Source of the DNA: Candidatus Harrisonbacteria bacterium CG10_big_fil_rev_8_21_14_0_10_40_38
GTDB lineage: Bacteria; Patescibacteriota; Minisyncoccia; UBA6257; 1-14-0-10-40-38
NCBI GenBank assembly: GCA_002773535.1
Contig: PFAZ01000007.1
Coordinates: forward strand, 4,675 to 68,674
Direction of reading: 5' to 3'
Length of the DNA stretch: 64,000 bases
The notes beneath the pieces were generated by a model. It did not search any database. It had not been told where the DNA came from and was given only the letters and a program-made list of their open reading frames with translations. Of the stretch, positions 19,378-28,732 are shown in pieces. The first letter of the stretch is position 1. Each line of letters starts with the position of its first letter. The position numbers and the translations under genes were made by a program.

Positions 19378-20589
19378 ATGAGGTTTCACTATTTGGCGTC
19401 CGGTCCGGACGGAAAAATTGTAGAGGGAAATCTTGAAGCAAAGGATCAAGCTCAGGCTTTGTTATTTTTATCCGAAAAAGGGCTAAAACCGGTAACTGTA
19501 AAGCCACTAGATGGAAGCAGTTCAAAGATAAAAAAAGGAGGTCGCCAAAAAATAACCATCAACGATAAACTATTTTTTACAAAATATCTTAGCCTCATGT
19601 TGAAATCAGGCATAGATCTATTCAAAGCAGTAGATATTCTTATCGCTGATTTCGATAAACCGGTTATGAAAAAACTCCTCACCGAGATAAGAGGAGCTCT
19701 AGAAAAAGGTGATCCATTTCACAAAACCTTTATGAATTATCCAAAGTATTTTTCTCCTGTATTCATAAACATGATTAAGGCAGGTGAATCATCCGGCACC
19801 CTAGATGTTGTATTTGCCGACTTAAACAGGTCCATAGAAAAAGAAAATGATCTCAGAACAAAAATAAGATCAGCTCTAGTATACCCAACTATGCTTATGG
19901 GCATGGCAACAGCAATTTTATTATTTCTTGTTACATTCGCCCTCCCAAAAATCGCCGAAGTATTCAGTGGAGGTGGTTTCAATCCACCGATTTTTTCAAA
20001 AATTGTATTTGCAGTCGGCTTGTTTCTTAATAAATATATATTTTTTGTCATTGGCTTTATCTTCTCGTTTCTTTTCATGGTGTTTTTTGTCTTAAGGAAA
20101 ACCAGATTTGGCAAAATGATTATTGCAAAAACTCTCTCAGTTGCGCCGCTTGTAAGAACGGTTACCAAAGAAATCGCTCTACAGAGATTCGCTTCAACTT
20201 TTAGTTCGCTTATGAGATCAGGTCTCCCGATCATAGAAGCTCTGGATATCACAGCTAGCGCAGTTGGAAACGCCAACATAGAAGCAAGTTTAAGGAGGGT
20301 AGCCCACGAAGGCATTATTAAAGGTCTCACAATGGGAGATGCTTTTAAAAAAGAAACAGTTTTTCCAAAAAGCGTAACCAATCTCGTTGCAATTTCAGAA
20401 AAAGCAGGTCATTTGGATGAAATTCTCCAGACATTATCAGACTTTTACGAAACGGAAATAGACAATTCCCTCAAAACACTTATCTCGTTTCTAGAACCTA
20501 TGCTTCTCATCGGTATTGGTATAATTGTCGCCGTCATCGCCCTCGCTATTATTGTCCCCATTTATCAACTTGTCGGACAATTCTCTTAA
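19378..20589 (+). CDS. pilC: Type IV pilus platform protein PilC (GspF family)
   Basis: Two T2SS-F repeats and 3 TM helices. Immediately downstream of pilB. Confidence 0.85.
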   Translation: MRFHYLASGPDGKIVEGNLEAKDQAQALLFLSEKGLKPVTVKPLDGSSSKIKKGGRQKITINDKLFFTKYLSLMLKSGIDLFKAVDILIADFDKPVMKKLLTEIRGALEKGDPFHKTFMNYPKYFSPVFINMIKAGESSGTLDVVFADLNRSIEKENDLRTKIRSALVYPTMLMGMATAILLFLVTFALPKIAEVFSGGGFNPPIFSKIVFAVGLFLNKYIFFVIGFIFSFLFMVFFVLRKTRFGKMIIAKTLSVAPLVRTVTKEIALQRFASTFSSLMRSGLPIIEALDITASAVGNANIEASLRRVAHEGIIKGLTMGDAFKKETVFPKSVTNLVAISEKAGHLDEILQTLSDFYETEIDNSLKTLISFLEPMLLIGIGIIVAVIALAIIVPIYQLVGQFS

Positions 20590-20594
20590 AGAAA

Positions 20595-21062
20595 ATGAAA
20601 AAATGGAGTACACCCAAAAACGGCTTTTCACTGATAGAAATAATGATAGTAATGGCAATTATTATCGTTTTAGGAACTATTACGTCTTTAAATCTTTTTA
20701 ACGAAAGAACCAGAAAGGAACTTGATGTCACTGAAAAATCAATCGTAGCAGTGCTTCGTGAGGCTCAACAAAAATCAATTACACAGGAAGATGAATCAGA
20801 ATGGGGAGTCGCCTTTGTGGATGATACCAGCGACTATTATGAACTGACAAAAGATAGCACATCTTATGGAAAACAAAATATAATCAAGAGCTCTCTTGAA
20901 TTTGAATCGGTAACAGATGTCTCTTTTGCCAAAATTACAGGCGAGCCGTCTGTTAATGGTGATATAGTGATTATAAAAATATCTGGAACAGATTGTCTTT
21001 TAGAGGCTGAAAAATGTAAAACCATTACTATAAACAGCAATGGCACAATCACTTATGATTGA
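20595..21062 (+). CDS. Minor pilin / pseudopilin (prepilin-type N-terminus)
   Basis: KNGFSLIEIMIVMAIIIVLG class III signal motif. Confidence 0.65.
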   Translation: MKKWSTPKNGFSLIEIMIVMAIIIVLGTITSLNLFNERTRKELDVTEKSIVAVLREAQQKSITQEDESEWGVAFVDDTSDYYELTKDSTSYGKQNIIKSSLEFESVTDVSFAKITGEPSVNGDIVIIKISGTDCLLEAEKCKTITINSNGTITYD

Positions 21063-21774
21063 TAAAAAAAAGCTCTTTGAAATATTCTTGTCAAAACAGG
21101 GTCAGTCTCTTGCTGAGATACTTGTTGCGGTTACCGTTGCCTTGGTTTTGATAGGGTCATCAGTGCTTTTAATAGGCGTAGCCCTCCGTTCAAGCACAGA
21201 AACAAAATATCAGCAGGAAGCTTCGCTCTTGGGTCATAACCTTTTAAATCTCGTCACTGTTTATGCCGAAGGTCTTTGGAATTGCGATGGGGCAACGTGC
21301 GCTACCAGCAGAGGCATCTACAACCTTGCAAAAGGCTCAGGGGCAATATATTATATTGCCACAACAACACCTTTAACACACGGATCAGAGGGCAGTCCTG
21401 AAGACATAACGCTAAACAATGCAACCTATTCAAGGTATTTTTACGTTCAAAATATGTGTCGCAATGGTGGAACAATCTCCGGCCTCTCTGACAATAGTGG
21501 CGTAGACACTACTTGCGTAACTTCTGGTGGTTCCGAAGACCCGTCAACTCAAAAAATCACCGCCGTTGTCACATGGACAGAAAACGGCACTCAAACACTA
21601 ACTATCGAAAAAATCCTCACACATCACTCAAATAATGTTTTTGTGCAAACCGACTGGTCAGGGGGTGAGGTAAATAGCGGTGGCAACCCCGTCGTCATTA
21701 CAGAACCAGATAGTTATTATTTTACAGATGATAGTGTAAACACAGGCACAGCCGGAGAAATAAAAATCCAGTAA
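21040..21774 (+). CDS. Minor pilin-like protein (prepilin-type N-terminal helix)
   Basis: GQSLAEILVAVTVALVLIG with Glu at +5. Cys pairs in the globular domain. Confidence 0.55.
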   Translation: MAQSLMIDKKKLFEIFLSKQGQSLAEILVAVTVALVLIGSSVLLIGVALRSSTETKYQQEASLLGHNLLNLVTVYAEGLWNCDGATCATSRGIYNLAKGSGAIYYIATTTPLTHGSEGSPEDITLNNATYSRYFYVQNMCRNGGTISGLSDNSGVDTTCVTSGGSEDPSTQKITAVVTWTENGTQTLTIEKILTHHSNNVFVQTDWSGGEVNSGGNPVVITEPDSYYFTDDSVNTGTAGEIKIQ

Positions 21775-21775
21775 A

Positions 21776-22669
21776 ATGAAAACTTCATTTAAAAAAGTAA
21801 TATTTTTTATACCAGTCCTTTCAATTGGAATTTTATTTATGAGTCACGCAAAGGCAGTCAGTGATAACACAAGCGGATATGCGTGGAACGATGTAGTCGG
21901 CTGGGTTAGTTTTGAAAGCAATGTTGAGGTCACGGACTCGAAAATTACTGGGTACGCAGACATAGCTCAAGTTAGTGAAAACTTAGGCCTAGATTGTAAT
22001 ACAGTCCCAAATTCTCCTGACTGCGGTACTGCCGGGAATTGGTTTGTATCGAATGACTCCAATGGAAACCTCGCCGGTTGGGGTTGGAATAAAAAAATTG
22101 GTTGGGTGAGTTTCTGTGGTAATACTTCAGGCGGGTCAACACACAATGGCACTACTTGGGAGTGTCCCAGTTCGCCGACTTATGAAGTCACGATAGATGG
22201 CGTAACAGGAGATTTCAGTGGTTGGGCATGGAACGACGTTGTCGGCTGGATTAGTTTTAGCTGCAGCAATACCGGAACATGCGCTACATCTGATTATGTA
22301 GTAAATACTGGCTGGCGATCAAACGCCACCACCGATGGAAGTCTCGAATCAAGCACCATAGACACCTGTCCGTCGGAAAGCAACTGTAGCGCAAATCTAA
22401 ACACAATCATGTGGCAGGGAGATGCAAATGGAGCAACTGTTTCATTTCAGATAGCGTCATCAAACAACTCTACCGGCCCATGGACGTTTTATGGCCCAAA
22501 TGGCGACACTGGCACCTATTACAGCCCAAGCGGCCCGAATGAGCCATCTATAAAAATTACAAGAGAACACGCAAATAAAAGATATATTCGTTATAAAGTA
22601 TTTTTCAATAGAATATCCGGAAGTCCTAGTCCGGTTGTGCGCGATGTTATACTAAACATAAGTCCATGA
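21776..22669 (+). CDS. Secreted protein with three Trp-rich repeats (G-W/Y-A-W-N-x-x-V-G-W-V-S-F)
   Basis: Signal peptide. The motifs are GYAWNDVVGWVSF, AGWGWNKKIGWVSF and SGWAWNDVVGWISF. Confidence 0.45.
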   Translation: MKTSFKKVIFFIPVLSIGILFMSHAKAVSDNTSGYAWNDVVGWVSFESNVEVTDSKITGYADIAQVSENLGLDCNTVPNSPDCGTAGNWFVSNDSNGNLAGWGWNKKIGWVSFCGNTSGGSTHNGTTWECPSSPTYEVTIDGVTGDFSGWAWNDVVGWISFSCSNTGTCATSDYVVNTGWRSNATTDGSLESSTIDTCPSESNCSANLNTIMWQGDANGATVSFQIASSNNSTGPWTFYGPNGDTGTYYSPSGPNEPSIKITREHANKRYIRYKVFFNRISGSPSPVVRDVILNISP

Positions 22670-23181
22670 GAAAAAAATCCCAAAAAAATCCCAAAAAAAT
22701 CCCAAAATTTGGAATTTTTACGCCCGCAGGTGGATTGGAATTTGGAATTTCTAACAAGGGAATAATTTCACTTGGCATCACACTCCTTTTAGGGGGTATT
22801 ATTATAGAGATAGGCGTTGGTATTGCGCTTATTACTTATCTTCTAAACCAAAATAATTTTGGTATAAAACAATCAAACGAAAGCTATGTTGCCGCAGAAT
22901 CAGGCATAGAAGACGCTATTCTCCGAGTTATAAACGACAATTTTACCACGGGTTCCATAGTTACTATTGACCTTACCAATGCCTCGGCGGATGTTCGTAT
23001 ATGCGAAGATACTATAGGAGGTTCTGAAAACGGTTGCGGTGCGACAGCTGCCCCTGGCAAAACCGAAATCATAAGCGTTGGGACGTCACAACTTAGAAAA
23101 AGAAAAATAGTAGCAGTTTTAAATATAGATAGCGAAACAAAAAAAGTATCCCTAGAGTCAATTTCTGAAACATCTTTCTAA
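22666..23181 (+). CDS. Hypothetical membrane-anchored protein in the pilus locus
   Basis: Hydrophobic helix GIISLGITLLLGGIIIEIGVGIALI. The N-terminus is encoded by an 11-nt tandem repeat. Confidence 0.4.
   Translation: MRKKSQKNPKKIPKFGIFTPAGGLEFGISNKGIISLGITLLLGGIIIEIGVGIALITYLLNQNNFGIKQSNESYVAAESGIEDAILRVINDNFTTGSIVTIDLTNASADVRICEDTIGGSENGCGATAAPGKTEIISVGTSQLRKRKIVAVLNIDSETKKVSLESISETSF
22671..22703 (+). repeat. Tandem repeat (aaaaaaatccc) x3, 11-nt unit, inside the 5' coding region of the 22666 gene
   Basis: aaaaaaatccc aaaaaaatccc aaaaaaatccc, read directly from the sequence. Confidence 0.6.
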
Positions 23182-23182
23182 T

Positions 23183-24721
23183 ATGAAAAAAAAACCCGCA
23201 AAAAATAAAGAACCAATCGCAAAAAAGCTAAACAAGTACCTTAAAATTTTAAACCCATCCCCTCCGATCGGTGGTCTTTCGATAACAGATGACGCCATAA
23301 GATTCGTCTTAATTCACGAAGACAGAAAAATATCATCAGCTTCATTAAGATTGCCGCCGGGAATAATATCCGGAGGCGTCATCAAAGATGCGGCAAATCT
23401 CAAGGCAGCATTCAAAAAACTTCACGAAGAAATAAAAGTTGGAAAAAACCATGAAATGCATATTGTGGTTGTCTTGCCATCACCAGTTGTCTCTGCGCAG
23501 TCTTTTTACGTTCCATTTATCGAAGAAAACCGCCTTGATGAAACAGCAAAGCTTAATATGCAAATGGTCTCACCTATAGACTGGAATACCGCATATTCCA
23601 GTTGGCAAAAAATAGGCGAACAGTTTTCTGAAGGAGGACAAATAGAGCTTCTTGGAGCTTTTGCAGAAAAAAAACTGGTTGACGAATACACTTCCACCCT
23701 TGAAGAATCAGGATTTTCCATTTCAGCCGTAGAATTTCCAGCCCTTTCGCTTTTAAGGCTTATAAATCATGAAAATATATTAACTTCAGACGGTGTCTAC
23801 TTAATTGTTGAAGTTATGGTTGAAGGCGTAGGCCTCATGCTCATAAAAGAAAAAAACCTCCGATTTAACCACTTTCATACTTGGCAATCCGTTAGTGAAG
23901 AGATAGGCGGCAAGCAAATCACAAAAGAAGAGCTAAAAAAATTCCTCGAAACAGAAATACAAAAGCTTATTAACTTCAATACAAGTAAATGGGGAGGGGT
24001 AATTGTCTCCGGTGTAGTCATTTCACCAGGAACAGAATCAGACATAGAGAGCATATTTAAAGATTCATTTAGTCTTCCAATAATAAAATTTCCAAAAACC
24101 TCGCAGGGTTCATCAATCGAAGCCCCTTGGTTTACTGCAGCCGGAGCCGCTCTTAGAGGTATGATAGACCGTGAAAAAGATATGCTCATTAGTCTTGCAA
24201 ATACATCTGTTCAAGAAAAATACTGGGAAACGAGAAAACTTCATTTTGCAATTTTCTGGAGAAAGATAAGTTTTGTAATAGTCATCTTTTTACTTCTACT
24301 CACTGCCGGCTTTGATTTTTATATAGCGCTTCGTCAGAAATCAATAAAAAACAGCACAAATATTGTTTCTGCTTCCGAGTCTGACATAGCAAATGTTAAA
24401 TCTCTTGAGGCTAAAGCAAAAGAATTTAACAAGCAGATCTCTAAAATTGAGCAAGCTGGAAAAAATACAAACAAAATTGCTTCGCTATTCAAGAAAGTGG
24501 AGAGTCTCCAAAAAGACTCACTTATAATCAAATTTCTAAAAACAGAGGGTAAAACAATTCTGATATCCGGTCACGCCAACACCGAGAGCGAGGTTATCGC
24601 TTTTAAAGATAGCTTAGAAAAAGAAGAGGAGTTTAAAGATGTTCAATTGCCTTTATCAAATCTTCACGTAAATCCATCCGGGGGAACAGATTTTAGTCTT
24701 ACTTTTTCTCTTGCAGAGTAG
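23183..24721 (+). CDS. PilM-like actin-fold protein fused to a TM segment and PilN/PilO-like C-terminal part
   Basis: N-terminal GLSITDDAIRFVLI block (PilM/FtsA-like), a TM helix around aa 360 (FVIVIFLLLLTAGF), then a coiled-coil. Position is at the 3' end of the pilus operon. Confidence 0.4.
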   Translation: MKKKPAKNKEPIAKKLNKYLKILNPSPPIGGLSITDDAIRFVLIHEDRKISSASLRLPPGIISGGVIKDAANLKAAFKKLHEEIKVGKNHEMHIVVVLPSPVVSAQSFYVPFIEENRLDETAKLNMQMVSPIDWNTAYSSWQKIGEQFSEGGQIELLGAFAEKKLVDEYTSTLEESGFSISAVEFPALSLLRLINHENILTSDGVYLIVEVMVEGVGLMLIKEKNLRFNHFHTWQSVSEEIGGKQITKEELKKFLETEIQKLINFNTSKWGGVIVSGVVISPGTESDIESIFKDSFSLPIIKFPKTSQGSSIEAPWFTAAGAALRGMIDREKDMLISLANTSVQEKYWETRKLHFAIFWRKISFVIVIFLLLLTAGFDFYIALRQKSIKNSTNIVSASESDIANVKSLEAKAKEFNKQISKIEQAGKNTNKIASLFKKVESLQKDSLIIKFLKTEGKTILISGHANTESEVIAFKDSLEKEEEFKDVQLPLSNLHVNPSGGTDFSLTFSLAE

Positions 24722-25202
24722 GTATTGCCATCACTGCTTCAGAAAAAACCTTTCCCAAAACTTTCATATGAGTTGCCGAAATTTTCTTTAAAACGAAAGA
24801 TCCGGCTTTTTGCCGTGGCTTGTTTTCTTCATTTGGCCTGATTCCTATTCTAAGTCGCCAAAATGCGTCTGTCCCCAAACTTTTTTGGATACTTCTAACC
24901 CCATTTTGTCCGGCAGATCCTCTATTGAAAGAAAATTTATATTTTCCTAACAAAACATCACTCTCATCGTGAACTATTAAAAGTTCTTCAGGTTTTACGG
25001 ATATTTTTGAAAGCTGTGAAAGCACAAATTTTCCAGAAATATTCATTGAAACATCCGTCTTTAAAACTCTTACTTTTGGGATGAGATTCATTAAATCCTC
25101 ATTTTGAGAAACATAATCAACAAAAATATGACCTGCATTGTGATAAGTTTTTTGAAAACCCGCTTCAGGATTTCCTAATCCAATAATCAATTTTATAGCC
25201 AT
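24699..25202 (-). CDS. pth: Peptidyl-tRNA hydrolase
   Basis: LIIGLGNPEAGFQKTYHNAGH N-terminal signature. Confidence 0.8.
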   Translation of the reverse strand: MAIKLIIGLGNPEAGFQKTYHNAGHIFVDYVSQNEDLMNLIPKVRVLKTDVSMNISGKFVLSQLSKISVKPEELLIVHDESDVLLGKYKFSFNRGSAGQNGVRSIQKSLGTDAFWRLRIGIRPNEENKPRQKAGSFVLKKISATHMKVLGKVFSEAVMAIPTLQEKK

Positions 25203-25330
25203 AAATCAATACCTATTCATTCTAACGGCTTCGCAACACAAGCGGCAAGGAGACTAAAAACAAAACATTGCGATTTTTACTCGAGAATAGTATAATTATT
25301 TGCATTGCAGGCGCTAAAAATGAGCGCTTT

Positions 25331-25900
25331 ATGAAAAGATTGATGAAAAAACCGGAAATAAAACAGTTTCTATTTGGCATCTGGGAAATAGTCGAAATTG
25401 TGGTTGTTGCCTTAGCAACAGTGTTTTTAATACGGACTTTTCTCTTTCAGCCGTTTTTGGTATCAGGCGCCTCAATGGAACCGACTTTTTCTGATGGCAA
25501 TTACATCATTATCGATGAGATAACCTATAGATTTAGGGACCCCATTCGTGGTGAGGTTATTGTTTTCAGATATCCACTAGATAAATCAAGTTTTTTCATT
25601 AAACGGGTAGTTGGTTTACCGGGTGAAAGAATTGTATCCAGAGATGGAGATGTAAAAATATACAAAGGGGAAGAAGTGCTAACCTTGGATGAAACTTATC
25701 TTCCGGAAAATACAAAAATAACCGAAAACATAGACACAACCCTAAAAGAAGACGAATATTTTGTTATGGGAGATAATAGATACCACAGTTATGACTCTAG
25801 AAATTGGGGTGCTGTTAAGAAGGAGGATATCATTGGCATAGCAAGATTGAGAGTGTTCCCGATTGAAAATGTAAAAATTTTCAATCCACCAGCCTATTAG
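25331..25900 (+). CDS. lepB: Signal peptidase I
   Basis: SGASMEPTF (catalytic Ser box), KRVVGLPGE (Lys box) and GDNRYHSYDSRNWG. Start chosen at MKRLMKK (25331) rather than the track's 25268. Confidence 0.8.
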   Translation: MKRLMKKPEIKQFLFGIWEIVEIVVVALATVFLIRTFLFQPFLVSGASMEPTFSDGNYIIIDEITYRFRDPIRGEVIVFRYPLDKSSFFIKRVVGLPGERIVSRDGDVKIYKGEEVLTLDETYLPENTKITENIDTTLKEDEYFVMGDNRYHSYDSRNWGAVKKEDIIGIARLRVFPIENVKIFNPPAY

Positions 25901-25903
25901 AAT

Positions 25904-27190
25904 ATGCCTAAAGAATCAAAAAAAAAGAAAGCAGCTCAAATTCAGAGAGTAAAAGGAATGCACGATATTCTCCCTGACGACCAATGGCTTTGGGACCAGG
26001 TTCGTTCTGCTACAAAAAAGATTGCTGAATATTATAACTTTGTTCGACTTGATACACCCGTACTTGAACAAGCGTCGCTTTTTGAACGCACTGTTGGAGA
26101 AGCAACAGACATTGTTGAAAAACAAATGTTTATTGTTCAAACAAAGGGAAAAGAACGACTTGTTATGCGTCCAGAATGGACCGCAGGAGCAGCGCGAGCA
26201 TACATCGAAAACAGCCTGAGCCAGAGAGGTTTTCCTGTAAAACTTTACACAGATCTTTCTCTTTTCAGATACGAACAGCCACAAGAGGGGAGATTTAGGG
26301 AATTTCACCAGCTCGATTTAGAAATAATCAGCAGCGAGAACGATCCGATATACGATGTTCAGATTATGCTTGTTCTGACTCGTATTATTGAATCACTTAA
26401 AATCAAAGGTTTTTCAATTTCGGTAAACAGTATCGGGTGTAAATCGTGTAGACCACCTTACAAAAAAGAACTTCAAAACTACTACAAGGGTGTAAAGAGT
26501 CAGCTTTGTGCTGATTGCGCAAGAAGGCTCGAGGCCAATCCATTACGTCTTTTGGATTGCAAGGAAGAAAAATGTGTTGAGCTCAAAAAAAATGCCCCAA
26601 TAATCATCGATCACCTTTGCAACACCTGTCACAACCACTTCAAACAAGTCTTAGAATACCTTGATGAAGTTCAGTTGCCATACGCGCTTGACCACCACTT
26701 GGTTCGTGGACTCGATTATTACACAAAAACAGTATTTGAAATTAATTGTGAAGGAGTTGATTTTGCTATTGCCGGGGGAGGTAGATACGATTATCTTATA
26801 GAATTACTTGGCGGAAAAAACACTCCAGCTGTAGGCGCAGCCGCAGGAATAGAGAGGCTTATTAAAGTCATGAAAATGCAAAACCCGGAAAAAAAGCCAA
26901 AGGAAAAACAAAAAATCTTTCTTGTTCATATCGGAGAACTTGCAAAAAAGAAGAGCCTTTCGCTCATTGAGGAACTTAGAAAGGCAAATATCGAAATCAC
27001 AGAATCACTAGGTAAAGAATCTCTAAAAGCCCAATTAAGAGTTGCCGACAAAGAGGGTTGCCCATACGCCCTTATTTTCGGCCAACGGGAGGCTTTTGAG
27101 GACAACATCATTTTAAGAGATTTAAAGACCGGAACACAGGAAACAGTTATGCTAAGAAAGCTCGCAGAAACTCTTAAAAAGAGAAGTTAG
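25904..27190 (+). CDS. hisS: Histidyl-tRNA synthetase, with a Cys-rich insertion
   Basis: GMHDILPDD, motif 2 FRYEQPQEGRFREFHQLD, motif 3 GGGRYDYL, and a C-terminal anticodon-binding domain. The insertion is CKSC...CADC...CKEEKC...CNTCH. Confidence 0.85.
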   Translation: MPKESKKKKAAQIQRVKGMHDILPDDQWLWDQVRSATKKIAEYYNFVRLDTPVLEQASLFERTVGEATDIVEKQMFIVQTKGKERLVMRPEWTAGAARAYIENSLSQRGFPVKLYTDLSLFRYEQPQEGRFREFHQLDLEIISSENDPIYDVQIMLVLTRIIESLKIKGFSISVNSIGCKSCRPPYKKELQNYYKGVKSQLCADCARRLEANPLRLLDCKEEKCVELKKNAPIIIDHLCNTCHNHFKQVLEYLDEVQLPYALDHHLVRGLDYYTKTVFEINCEGVDFAIAGGGRYDYLIELLGGKNTPAVGAAAGIERLIKVMKMQNPEKKPKEKQKIFLVHIGELAKKKSLSLIEELRKANIEITESLGKESLKAQLRVADKEGCPYALIFGQREAFEDNIILRDLKTGTQETVMLRKLAETLKKRS

Positions 27191-27198
27191 TTGATTTT

Positions 27199-27609
27199 AT
27201 GGATTGCTTGTTTTGTAAAATTGCTGAAAAGGAAATACCCTCAGAAATTATATACGAAGACGAAAACACTGTTTCCTTTTTAGATATCCACCCAAGGTCC
27301 CTGGGTCACACCGTCGTTATATCAAAATCTCATTCAGAAAACATAATAGATTTACCTGAAAATATGGTAGGTCCGCTTTTTAGATCCGTAAAAAAAGTCA
27401 CAAGTCTCATAAAAAAGACGCTAGACCCAAAGGGCTTTACTATTGGCATAAATCACGGTAAAATTAGCGACCAGGTTATTGATCACCTGCATGTGCACAT
27501 TATTCCCAGATATGACGGGGATAAAGGCAGCTCTATACACAGTGTCGTAAATAACCCGCCAAATGAACCGATTAACGAGACTGTGAATCGTATTAAAAAT
27601 GGTTTATAA
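27199..27609 (+). CDS. HIT-family (histidine triad) protein
   Basis: DHLHVHIIPR histidine triad. N-terminal CLFCKI. Confidence 0.8.
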   Translation: MDCLFCKIAEKEIPSEIIYEDENTVSFLDIHPRSLGHTVVISKSHSENIIDLPENMVGPLFRSVKKVTSLIKKTLDPKGFTIGINHGKISDQVIDHLHVHIIPRYDGDKGSSIHSVVNNPPNEPINETVNRIKNGL

Positions 27610-27640
27610 AAAAGTCGATATATAAATAAAATCCAAAAAA

Positions 27641-27859
27641 ATGAAATCAGTAGACGTAAGAAGAAAAGAAGGTGAAACATCAAATGCTCTTATTTATCGC
27701 TTCCTCAAAAAAACACAACAAAGTGGTGTTTTAAAAGAGGCAAAAAAGAGAAGATTTCACTCACGCCCTGAAAGCAAGATAAAAAGAAGGCAATCAGCTA
27801 TTCACCGTTCAAAAAAACGCGTCGAATACGAAAAGGCAAAAAAGATGGGTATATCCTAA
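27641..27859 (+). CDS. rpsU: 30S ribosomal protein S21
   Basis: MKSVDVRRKEGE...ALIYRFLKK...RRFHSRPESKIKRRQ, a typical S21. Confidence 0.8.
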   Translation: MKSVDVRRKEGETSNALIYRFLKKTQQSGVLKEAKKRRFHSRPESKIKRRQSAIHRSKKRVEYEKAKKMGIS

Positions 27860-27864
27860 GCAAA

Positions 27865-28317
27865 ATGACAAAGACCGAAGAATTGATATCAAGTAATCTT
27901 AAAGATGCCATGAGGTCAGGCGATAGTCTTACCGTAAATGTTTTGCGCCTTGTTCAAACAGCTATAAAAAACCGGCAAATAGAAAAAAGAACAAAGGGTG
28001 AAGTAGATGAATTAACTGAAGATGAAATCCAGGCAATACTTCGCTCTGAGGCAAAAAAGAGAAAAGAGGCTTCAGATATGTACGAAAAGGCTGGTCATAA
28101 AGACCGAATGGAAAGCGAGCAAAAGGAACTAGCAGTCTTAAAAAACTACCTCCCAAAACAAATTGAGGGAGAAGAGCTTGAGAAAATGATATCTGGAATA
28201 ATCGAAAAGGAAAACCTTACGACATTTAATGATGCTATCAAAAAAGTTATGTCTGAATTGCGTGGTAGAGCTGATGAAAAACGCATAGTAGAGATCATAA
28301 AAAATATTTTAGGATAG
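27865..28317 (+). CDS. GatB/YqeY domain protein
   Basis: LKDAMRSGDSLTVNVLRLV...AIKNRQIEK. The classic rpsU-yqeY neighbourhood. Confidence 0.7.
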   Translation: MTKTEELISSNLKDAMRSGDSLTVNVLRLVQTAIKNRQIEKRTKGEVDELTEDEIQAILRSEAKKRKEASDMYEKAGHKDRMESEQKELAVLKNYLPKQIEGEELEKMISGIIEKENLTTFNDAIKKVMSELRGRADEKRIVEIIKNILG

Positions 28318-28321
28318 AATC

Positions 28322-28732
28322 ATGAAATATGGTTCAGTTATAGTAACCGAAAAAAAACTAGAAGCGTATAAAAAAGAGACTGCGGCGTTAGTGCGCCGTT
28401 TTTTGCGTTTAATGGGAGAAAACGATGGTTATGTTGAGATTTATCTTGTAGGAAATAAATTTATGGAGAAAAATGTACTCTCGTTTCCAGCCCCAAATGA
28501 CGTCCCAAGACCCGATATAAAAGGAAAAATGCTAGGAGAGGTTTATTTAAACCCGATTTATATAAAAAGCAAGAAAGAAAATTTTAAATACATGCTTATT
28601 CATGGTCTTTTACACTTATTGGGCTATGATCACAAGCGCAAAACTGATAGAATAGTCATGGAGCAAAAGGAGAATGAACTGCTTGTGCTTCTTTTAGATA
28701 GGCAACACCCCAAAAAAGGAAAACGAACATGA
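28322..28732 (+). CDS. ybeY: Endoribonuclease YbeY (rRNA maturation factor)
   Basis: HGLLHLLGYDH metal-binding H3 motif. Confidence 0.8.
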   Translation: MKYGSVIVTEKKLEAYKKETAALVRRFLRLMGENDGYVEIYLVGNKFMEKNVLSFPAPNDVPRPDIKGKMLGEVYLNPIYIKSKKENFKYMLIHGLLHLLGYDHKRKTDRIVMEQKENELLVLLLDRQHPKKGKRT

